DNA of 64,000 nt from an uncultured Dorea sp. Lineage in GTDB: Bacteria > Bacillota > Clostridia > Lachnospirales > Lachnospiraceae. Where the stretch lies: positions 3,310-67,309 of the forward strand of contig CAJTVU010000008.1 in assembly GCA_910580235.1 (NCBI GenBank). Direction: 5' to 3'. Position numbers and translations under genes: made by a program. Below are positions 19,333 through 26,610 of this stretch, piece by piece. Every line of letters starts with the position of its first letter. Positions within the stretch are counted from its first letter, which is position 1. Below the pieces are notes generated by a model. It was not told where the DNA came from. It saw only the letters and a program-made list of their open reading frames with translations, and did no database searches.

Positions 19333-19391
19333 CCGGGCATCCCGTAATATATGCCCCTTGTGGGCCGGGCGGACGAATGTCCGGTAAGGTG
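19333..19391 (+). repeat. Conserved structured intergenic motif, copy A
   Basis: CCGGGCATCCCGTAATATATGCCCCTTGTGGGCCGGGCGGACGAATGTCCGGTAAGGTG. It shares the core ATGCCC..GGGxCGGGCGGA-hairpin-GTCCG.xAAGG with copies B, C and D. Confidence 0.6.
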
Positions 19392-19417
19392 TAAGATCGA
19401 GAATAAATAAAGATTTG

Positions 19418-20095
19418 CTATCTTCTCAGAGACTGTGCTCTCATCTTAGCGGGCAGCGGCTTGCCGTATTCGAGCAGAGTCTGCTCCTTAACCTGATTCA
19501 GATGTACTTCGAGAAGCTCCCGCGCACGTTCTACATCCTTTTCTTTCATAGCCTTAATAATATTGAGATGCATAGCCCTGGATGTGTCAAAATGCTCAGG
19601 GTCGCGTGCAGAAATCCGATTTACGATGGCGAACTGGGCCAGAAGCATGTTGTAAAATTTCTCAAGGCGCAGATTGCCCCCGTAAGATATGATTGAGGAA
19701 TGTAAACGGCGGTTGGCATCGAAGTATTCCTGTTCGCTTGAATTCTCATTCAGATTCTCAAATGCATTCTGCAGCTCGGAAAGCGTACCATCGTCCATGT
19801 ACTCACATGCCGATGCCAGAGAGTGGAGCTCGAACATGATACGCAATTCGAAAATCTCTTCGAGATCTTTCACAGTGATATCTGTTACAAAAGTGCCTCT
19901 TCCCAGATAATGGGAGACAAGACCTTCGCCCTCCATACGCTTAAGAGCTTCGCGGACAGGGGATCGGGAAAGCCCGAGCGCCCTGCCCAGCTCCAGCTCT
20001 GCGATGGGCGAGCCTAACGGGATATCACCGGAAAGGATTCCATTGTACAGGTAATTATAAACTTTATTGACTGACGCCGATGTCTTTTTATCCAA
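19418..20095 (-). CDS. GntR-family transcriptional regulator (FadR/FCD subfamily)
   Basis: wHTH ELELGRALGLSRSPVREALKRMEGEGLV plus a helical FCD-type C-terminus. TTG start at 20095 sits 7 nt after GGAGG. The track start at 20284 would overlap the upstream gene. Confidence 0.85.
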   Translation of the reverse strand: MDKKTSASVNKVYNYLYNGILSGDIPLGSPIAELELGRALGLSRSPVREALKRMEGEGLVSHYLGRGTFVTDITVKDLEEIFELRIMFELHSLASACEYMDDGTLSELQNAFENLNENSSEQEYFDANRRLHSSIISYGGNLRLEKFYNMLLAQFAIVNRISARDPEHFDTSRAMHLNIIKAMKEKDVERARELLEVHLNQVKEQTLLEYGKPLPAKMRAQSLRR

Positions 20096-20168
20096 GTAAT
20101 CGCCTCCAAACTTGCAAGTAAACAAATTACATTGCTTTTTTTCCATTATAACAAGAGAATGCAAATGT

Positions 20169-20180
20169 TTGCAATTGCAA
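20169..20180. promoter_or_regulatory. Perfect palindrome TTGCAATTGCAA in the GntR promoter region
   Basis: On the minus strand it overlaps a TTGCAA -35 candidate 18 nt upstream of TATAAT. It is a candidate autoregulatory operator. Confidence 0.35.
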
Positions 20181-20225
20181 AATGTCATAATACCTCGACT
20201 GAAAGCGTCGGCGTTGTCGATTTTG

Positions 20226-20900
20226 CTATTTTTCTTCCGTACAGTTAAGAGAGTCAAGGACTTTCTGATATCCGTAAATGTCAAACAAAGATTCTCCTGC
20301 GCGGAGCCTTTTCATGACCGCAGCCTCTTTCTCCGTTCTTGCGTTAGCCGCCTGAAGGACGGAAGGAGCCTCGTCTAAAGGTACTGCCACTACGCCGTCT
20401 GCGTCCGCAACGATGATGTCTCCAGGGCTCACGATCACGCCTCCGCAGCTGATTGGATGATTAATCGTGCCAAGAGTCGCTTTGGCCGTGCCGCTTATAC
20501 AGATCTGTGCAGAGAATACGGGGAGGCCAAGCTCAATAATCTCCCGGCTGTCGCGTACCGCACAGTTGAATATCAGCCCTGCGAGACCTTTCGTCACGCA
20601 CTCAACTGCCAGTACTTCTCCAAAAGGACCGTTTGCTACGGCATTGCCCATGTCGGCAACAATAACATCGCCTTTCTGAGCCATGCTTATGGCTTTGATC
20701 AGCATGAGGTTGTCGCCTGTGTGGCATTTTACCGTAAACGCGCGTCCCGCGAGGCGCATAGACCTGTCAAGGGGCTTGATCGCCGGGTCTAACGCGCCCC
20801 GGCGCCCCATCGCCTCGTGAACAGTAGCGGAAGCCTGTCCCTGATACTGTTCAAGCAGCTCGTCGCTACATCTTGGGATTGTTTTAATAATGTCTGCCAT
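20226..20900 (-). CDS. RraA-family protein (HMG/CHA aldolase-like), copy 3
   Basis: VIVADMGNAVANGPFGEVLAVECVTKGLAGLIFNCAVRD. RBS GAGGAATGG precedes the start. Confidence 0.75.
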   Translation of the reverse strand: MADIIKTIPRCSDELLEQYQGQASATVHEAMGRRGALDPAIKPLDRSMRLAGRAFTVKCHTGDNLMLIKAISMAQKGDVIVADMGNAVANGPFGEVLAVECVTKGLAGLIFNCAVRDSREIIELGLPVFSAQICISGTAKATLGTINHPISCGGVIVSPGDIIVADADGVVAVPLDEAPSVLQAANARTEKEAAVMKRLRAGESLFDIYGYQKVLDSLNCTEEK

Positions 20901-21032
20901 AATCCATTCCTCACATTCATAATAATCTGTGACTTCAATATGTATATTTATTGTCGACCGTTATAATAATTATAAGACGTAGCGGTCTGCTTGTCAATAT
21001 ATTATAAAGAAAAAGGGGGAAATAAAAAAATA

Positions 21033-21061
21033 TTGCAAGGCATAAAAAAGACGTGTATAAT
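21033..21061 (+). promoter_or_regulatory. Sigma-A type promoter for the SDR gene
   Basis: TTGCAA, 17 nt, TATAAT, 50 nt upstream of ATG 21112. Confidence 0.55.
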
Positions 21062-21111
21062 TGCAAATAACAAGAATTATTACTGATATTTGTATGAGAA
21101 GGAGGCAGAAT

Positions 21112-21855
21112 ATGTTAAAAGGAAAAATTGCAGTGATAACAGGAGGAACAAGAGGGATCGGCTATGCGATCGTAAAGAAATATCTTGAAAACGGAGCAAA
21201 AGTAGTCCTGTTCGGTTCCAGACAGGAGACGGTCGACAAGGCGCTGGCTTCCCTGAAGGCAGAGAACGCAGGCTGGGAGGTATCAGGGGACTGCCCGAAT
21301 CTGGGAGACTCACAGGCAGTGCGTGAGGCGATCGGGAAAGTGAAAGAGAAATACGGAAGGATCGATATCCTTGTAAACAATGCAGGCGTATCGGACAGCA
21401 CTCCGATCGACGCATATGAAGACGGACAGTTTGAGAAAGTTATGAATTTAAATGTAAACGCGATTATTAACGCAGTCCGCCCGACAGTGGCGATTATGAA
21501 AGAGCAGGGAGGCGGATGCATCTTAAATACAAGCTCCATGGTGAGCATTTCGGGGCAGCCAAGCGGCGTTGCGTACCCGACAAGTAAGTTTGCCGTAAAC
21601 GGCCTTACACTTTCTCTTGCGAGAGAGCTTGGGCCAAGCAACATCCGCGTTAACGCAGTGGCTCCAGGCATCACGAACACCGATATGGTCGCCGCTCTTC
21701 CCGAGCAGATGATCCAGCCGCTCATTAATGCGATTCCGCTTAGAAGAGTAGGAGAGCCGGAAGACGTAGCGAACGGCTTCCTGTTCCTCGCAAGCGACCT
21801 CGCAGCATATGTGACAGGAGAGATCCTGTCCGTAGACGGCGCAATGAGAGCATAA
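21112..21855 (+). CDS. SDR family oxidoreductase (FabG-like)
   Basis: TGGTRGIG, NNAG and YPTSK motifs. RBS GAAGGAGG precedes ATG 21112. Confidence 0.85.
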   Translation: MLKGKIAVITGGTRGIGYAIVKKYLENGAKVVLFGSRQETVDKALASLKAENAGWEVSGDCPNLGDSQAVREAIGKVKEKYGRIDILVNNAGVSDSTPIDAYEDGQFEKVMNLNVNAIINAVRPTVAIMKEQGGGCILNTSSMVSISGQPSGVAYPTSKFAVNGLTLSLARELGPSNIRVNAVAPGITNTDMVAALPEQMIQPLINAIPLRRVGEPEDVANGFLFLASDLAAYVTGEILSVDGAMRA

Positions 21856-21863
21856 TTTATCTA

Positions 21864-21903
21864 ATCTGGGACGGGGTAAAATTCATTTTACCCCGTCCCA
21901 GAT
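21864..21903. repeat. 19-bp perfect palindromic hairpin, GGGACGGGG..CCCCGTCCCAGAT element
   Basis: ATCTGGGACGGGGTAAAAT tc ATTTTACCCCGTCCCAGAT. A partial third arm GCCCTGTCCCAGATT lies at 21911..21925. A related copy is at 49347..49372. Confidence 0.6.
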
Positions 21904-21931
21904 TGAATTTGCCCTGTCCCAGATTAACAGA

Positions 21932-23155
21932 TTAAATCATCCAAATCGGCACAATATAATTATCTCGATTAATTGCGCCAAGTTCTGGCTTCATGCAGAT
22001 AACAGCGCCTTTTGAACGAGGTGTTGATGATTTATCTAACAAGTCAAATATTTTTATTAGTTCTGTTCCGGGGTTGGAAGTCTTTTTAATCTCAATTGGG
22101 TTCAAAACTCCGTCATGTTCAAGTACGATGTCAATTTCCTTAGCATCCTTATTGCGATAATAGTATAAGTAAGGCTCTTTGCCAGAGTTCAAATAAGTCT
22201 TCATAATCTCAGCAACTACATAATTTTCTAAGATTGCCCCATTCATTGCGCCGCTTTCTAATGTTTCTGCATTGCTCCACTTTGTCAGATAACAAACTAA
22301 TCCTGTATCATAAAAATAAAGCTTAGGGGTTTTTACAAGGCGCTTCAACAAATTATTGGAATAAGGATGAAGGTAGAAAATGATTCCCAATGTCTCCAGG
22401 ATCCCTAACCAGTTCTTTGTCTGTGTCTGATTAATATCCGCATCCCTTGCGATATCCGCAACATTCAACATTTGACCGCACCTTGCCGCTACAGCAGTAA
22501 TAAATCTAAGAAATTTAAATGAATCAATGGCGTCTGACAGCTCTCTCACATCACGCTCAATATAGGTAGTCAGATAACTGCTATAGAAAATCTGGCTATT
22601 ACTGTTAGCTCCGCTTACAATTGCAGGCATGGATCCCCTATAGATCCGTTCAAAAATACCTCTTGCATCTGCCTGTTTCCTATTTGCCTTTCTGGCAGAT
22701 AATGCTTCTATGTCAAGTGTAAAAGGCTCCATCCCTCCGCCCGAAATTTCTGCCTGAGACAAAGAAGTAAGAGAAAGCGCGGCCACTCTTCCGGCTAAAG
22801 ATTCCCGTACGCCTTGCATCAGCTTAAACACTTGCGAACCTGTAAGCCAGAACGCCCCCGGCTCGTGATTTCTGTCTACATGAATCTTGATATAAGTAAA
22901 TAATTCCGGTGCATACTGAACCTCATCAATTAAGACAGGCGGCTTATGCAGCTGCAGAAATAGTTCAGGGTCTGTCTTTGCAATACTTCTTTCATTCAGG
23001 TCATCTAGAGTAACATACCCTCTATCCGTTCCTTCCATTAGCTTCTTAAGCATGGTAGTCTTACCCACCTGTCTTGGCCCAGTAACTAAGACTACAGGGT
23101 ATTCTTTTGTAACCTGGATTACTACACCCTCCAAATTTCTTATTATATAATTCAT
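21932..23155 (-). CDS. AAA-family ATPase with DUF4143-type C-terminal domain
   Basis: Walker A VTGPRQVGKTT, Walker B LIDEVQ, and the C-terminal region typical of AAA_14/DUF4143 proteins. Confidence 0.75.
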   Translation of the reverse strand: MNYIIRNLEGVVIQVTKEYPVVLVTGPRQVGKTTMLKKLMEGTDRGYVTLDDLNERSIAKTDPELFLQLHKPPVLIDEVQYAPELFTYIKIHVDRNHEPGAFWLTGSQVFKLMQGVRESLAGRVAALSLTSLSQAEISGGGMEPFTLDIEALSARKANRKQADARGIFERIYRGSMPAIVSGANSNSQIFYSSYLTTYIERDVRELSDAIDSFKFLRFITAVAARCGQMLNVADIARDADINQTQTKNWLGILETLGIIFYLHPYSNNLLKRLVKTPKLYFYDTGLVCYLTKWSNAETLESGAMNGAILENYVVAEIMKTYLNSGKEPYLYYYRNKDAKEIDIVLEHDGVLNPIEIKKTSNPGTELIKIFDLLDKSSTPRSKGAVICMKPELGAINRDNYIVPIWMI

Positions 23156-23328
23156 GTGCGCGTCCTTCTTTCGGCCAAATTATAATCTAATTATATTTTA
23201 GCCGAAACAAAGCAAGAAAACAAGCGCATTCCGGCTAATCTATATCTTATTTATATTTTAGCCGGAATGTGCTTGCTCTAGTCAATTTGAGATGGGGGAA
23301 AATCCACCGAAAGCGCACAAAGTGAATT

Positions 23329-23790
23329 TTACTCTATTCCAGATTGAAGGTGTTTGAGAAGAGCGTTGCAGCCCTCGACGACATCTTCATACGTCCGGTC
23401 GAAATTCCCGGTGTACCAGGGATCGGCGATCTCCCTCGGCTCTTCTGTGAAGTCCAGAAGGCTGTGGATCTTGCGATCCGGGTCTGCGCCCGCAATGCGG
23501 AGCATGTTGCGGATGTTCCACTGATCCATGCCGATGAGGTAATCATATTTTTGATAGTCTTTTTTCGTCATCTGTACGGCCCGGTGGGAGAGTACGGGGA
23601 CGCCTACCTCCTGCAGCTTGCGTATTGTGCCGTAATGGGGCGGATTTCCAATCTCTTCCCGGCTTGTGGCTGCAGAATCAATGTAGAAACGATCTGAAAG
23701 CCCCTTCTTATTAATCATGTCTTGAAAGACAAACTGTGCCATAGTCGAGCGGCAGATATTGCCGTGGCAGATGAATAGTATTTTAATCAT
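23329..23790 (-). CDS. Low-molecular-weight protein-tyrosine phosphatase
   Basis: P-loop CHGNICRS (CX5R-S) at the N-terminus and a DPWY general-acid loop. Confidence 0.9.
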   Translation of the reverse strand: MIKILFICHGNICRSTMAQFVFQDMINKKGLSDRFYIDSAATSREEIGNPPHYGTIRKLQEVGVPVLSHRAVQMTKKDYQKYDYLIGMDQWNIRNMLRIAGADPDRKIHSLLDFTEEPREIADPWYTGNFDRTYEDVVEGCNALLKHLQSGIE

Positions 23791-24064
23791 ATTGCCAGAA
23801 CCTTTGAAAATGCTGTATTTTCGGTGTTTCTACACATTTTCCTGTCCTTTCTGTTTCTTTATTTTCCTCATATCTTATCATAAATTATCATAATTTTGTG
23901 TGAATTTGAGGTAAAAAGTGAGGTAAATTCAAAATTTGTACCTCAAAGATAATTTTAATATGGTAAATTATACGCCTTTGTGATTTTTGCCTTTCCTGTT
24001 GGCTCTGGAGAGGATTTATGCTAAACCAACAACTAATATTGACAATATCATTTTGTCATGATGA

Positions 24065-25318
24065 TTACTTTATCACATACTTAGTACCCCTTCCTCTGCC
24101 TTCAATTTTCACAACACCTTTTTTACCCATCTCTTTCAGTAATTGTGTTGTCTTTGATTTACCAAACGGGGCGTAAGGGGCAATTTCGCTAATTGATTTC
24201 AGCATTGTCTTGCTTAAAATTTTATATATTTTTCTTTCGTCTTCCGTTAAATTCAGGTTTTTCTCAAAAACCGGAAGTACAATCTTAATTGTATTTTCCG
24301 ACACTTCAAAATCCGGCTGCTTCAATCCTTCTTCATAGAGCTGCTTTATCCGTGTAATTCCTGTACCGAATATTTCGACAAACCCCAGCCTGTAAAATAC
24401 ATTTGCAAGATTTCTATTTCTTAAGACTGAAAGTTTCCCCGATAAATACTCATCTTCCGTTATTCCAGAAGGCAGTCCTCCCGGAGAAATAATTTCTATT
24501 CTGTCGTCAAACATCGAAACTTTTATCTGTGATTCCACATCCCACACCCTATGAATCAGCGCGTTTGCGATTGCTTCTCTAAACGCGGCCTCCGGTATTT
24601 TTTCTACCTTTTTCCGCTCGGTGCCTTGTACTTCCTCGTATTGATAATAATCTTTAAATACTTCTGATACTTTTTCGTAGACTGTCAAAATGGATATATT
24701 ATCAAATGTTGCTCTCTTATGAATCACACTGATGCTCTCACCGAACCTCACCATATCAATTCCCGGAAAATGATTTTTATCCGCCAAAATGCCAGACGCA
24801 TTATTATATCCAGCGGTGCTGTTATATAAGTTCAGCGTTTTCAATGTGTCCTGATTAAAAGTTTCAATCTGAATACATTCTTTTAATTTTTGACATAGCG
24901 TATCAAATGTTAACTCTTGCTCTTCACACGGCAATTCTTCAAATTTGATATTTTTTCCTTCTAAAATCAATCTTGACAGCTCTAGTGTGTCAGCCTCTAT
25001 TGTTGCAGTATCATTTCGCTTGTATGCTTTCGATTTATATAAATATGGCTTTTGAAGCCCGCTTTTTACAGTCAGTTTTATCGTTCTGTCATTATTCTGC
25101 AATTCCAGTGTATAATCAGGCTGCGGAGTAATGCTGTCATTAATTTTATTTTCGATATCCAGACACGCTTGTTTTACATCCGACAGTCCTTTGATATTAC
25201 CATTGTCATCAATGCCAAAAAATATTTCTCCACCATCGTAATTCGAAAAGGCACTTACTGTTTTTAAAAATGTATTTGTAATCGTTTCTTTGAACTCTGT
25301 TGTTCTTGCTTCACGCAT
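24065..25318 (-). CDS. AlbA_2 (Schlafen-type) DNA-binding / HATPase_c_4-like / wHTH protein
   Basis: N-terminus TTEFKE..GGEIFFGIDDNG, central REAIANALIHRVW..ISPGGLP..RNRNLANVF, and a C-terminal wHTH. ATG 25318 was chosen over track start 25372. Confidence 0.7.
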   Translation of the reverse strand: MREARTTEFKETITNTFLKTVSAFSNYDGGEIFFGIDDNGNIKGLSDVKQACLDIENKINDSITPQPDYTLELQNNDRTIKLTVKSGLQKPYLYKSKAYKRNDTATIEADTLELSRLILEGKNIKFEELPCEEQELTFDTLCQKLKECIQIETFNQDTLKTLNLYNSTAGYNNASGILADKNHFPGIDMVRFGESISVIHKRATFDNISILTVYEKVSEVFKDYYQYEEVQGTERKKVEKIPEAAFREAIANALIHRVWDVESQIKVSMFDDRIEIISPGGLPSGITEDEYLSGKLSVLRNRNLANVFYRLGFVEIFGTGITRIKQLYEEGLKQPDFEVSENTIKIVLPVFEKNLNLTEDERKIYKILSKTMLKSISEIAPYAPFGKSKTTQLLKEMGKKGVVKIEGRGRGTKYVIK

Positions 25319-25375
25319 ACACTGCTCTCCCTTTCCAATTTTACTGTTTATATTATATGCAGAAATACGCAAAAA

Positions 25376-25412
25376 ATCAATCGTATTTTTTTGCGATCGA
25401 TTTTCTGAACGT
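25376..25412 (-). terminator. Intrinsic terminator of the 29634-25501 operon
   Basis: On the minus strand, hairpin AAATCGATCG..CGATTGATTT followed by TTTTTG. Confidence 0.55.
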
Positions 25413-25500
25413 TTTGGGTCATTAAGTTTTAAATTTCTGTCACATCAAGGCTCTTGCAGAAAATGGTGTAGTAGTGGTGTAGTAAATGTCTTTTCTCGCC

Positions 25501-26580
25501 TCAAAAGCTCTCTGGAACAAGCGCTAGTTTGTTAATCGACTCGTGAGCCCTGACAAGGGAGTCATAGACGGCCAGAACATCTTCGGAATCCCAGGTACGA
25601 AGGGACTTTTCATCAATAACGCCAGTGCTTTCACGTATGATCTTTGCGAGCTGTTCTTCGTCGGCGACAGCAACAACGGCCTGAACCGCAGCGTTGCTCT
25701 GTGCCTTTTTAAGGTTCAGGATAAGGCTATCTATAGAGCCCTTCGATTGTACCTCAAACACGTAGATCGCCTTACCCATATTACCGATCTTGGCTTCCCA
25801 AACGGCATCTACAACTGCGCCGGTGGTAATTTTAACTTCAGAACGACTGTTAAAGCCGAGAAGCTCGCCGATAGCAACCAATTTTTCCTTAATTTCATCG
25901 TGGAGGGATTTTGAATCATTTATGGTAACGGGGCTCTTAGATTCGGGAGCTGCAGGCGGTTCAGGCGATTTCTTTTCAGTGAGAGGTAAGATCTCGTCCC
26001 ACATAAAGTAATCTACTGCTAAAAGGTCATAATCTTCGGCACCGGCCTTTTTGAGCGCTGCGGCAATCTCTTTTGCAATTGTGCAAACCTCTGTATATTT
26101 CTTTCCTGTGTATTGGTAGTCATACTTTGGCATGCCGGGGATATCGAGATAACTGTAGCACAGGATCGTTGTCTTGTTAAAGATTACATACTCCTGTGGG
26201 TTGGCGTATGTAAGCAGCTCGCTCATTGTTGCAGGCCCCATACCTTTGATAGATTTCAAGAATACATCCCAACGCTTTTCAACAGGGCTTGTGCCGTAAA
26301 GCAATTCGGCCAATTGCTTTTTTAGTGCAGCAAAACCATTGTCGGCTATCAATTTATCGGCAACATACTTTTTATTGCCCCAAATAAGCATAGACCAAAG
26401 TTTGCTTATATACTCTAAGAATTCATCTTCGGTCATATCAATAAGCTTGTCCTTCGTAAATGACTGATAGTATTCCTTGCGCTCTTTGCGCTCAGCCCAA
26501 TTTTCTTCATAATAAGCGGCGTTTGTTTTTCTTTTCTTTGAAAATGCATTAATGGAATTCAATAATTTTGTATTGTTCAT
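25501..26580 (-). CDS. Hypothetical protein with HhH-like N-terminal half and PD-(D/E)XK-like C-terminal domain
   Basis: IKGMGPATMSELL is a helix-hairpin-helix-like GxG loop. The C-terminus VDAVW..VFEVQSKG fits D..E-x-K nuclease spacing. RBS AGGAGG is present, and the gene starts 30 nt after the upstream stop. Confidence 0.45.
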   Translation of the reverse strand: MNNTKLLNSINAFSKKRKTNAAYYEENWAERKERKEYYQSFTKDKLIDMTEDEFLEYISKLWSMLIWGNKKYVADKLIADNGFAALKKQLAELLYGTSPVEKRWDVFLKSIKGMGPATMSELLTYANPQEYVIFNKTTILCYSYLDIPGMPKYDYQYTGKKYTEVCTIAKEIAAALKKAGAEDYDLLAVDYFMWDEILPLTEKKSPEPPAAPESKSPVTINDSKSLHDEIKEKLVAIGELLGFNSRSEVKITTGAVVDAVWEAKIGNMGKAIYVFEVQSKGSIDSLILNLKKAQSNAAVQAVVAVADEEQLAKIIRESTGVIDEKSLRTWDSEDVLAVYDSLVRAHESINKLALVPESF

Positions 26581-26610
26581 GCAGAAACCTCCTGAAAAAA
26601 CTTTAATATT

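Noticed and set aside
19333-19391. Assignment of the four-copy motif to a known riboswitch class (guanidine-II mini-ykkC, guanidine-III, ZTP, c-di-AMP, Na+/Li+).
   Set aside because: The hairpin loops vary (GAAT, TTC, TTA, 10-nt) instead of showing a conserved ACGR or other ligand-binding loop. The remembered consensus sequences do not align. Two copies are antisense to their neighbours. This needs an Rfam scan, not a guess.
20941-21000. Imperfect inverted repeat GACCGTTA..TAGCGGTC in the divergent promoter region between the RraA-like and SDR genes.
   Set aside because: It has only 8 bp with a mismatch, and it is not similar to the perfect palindromes at 4383 or 20169. That is insufficient to call an operator.
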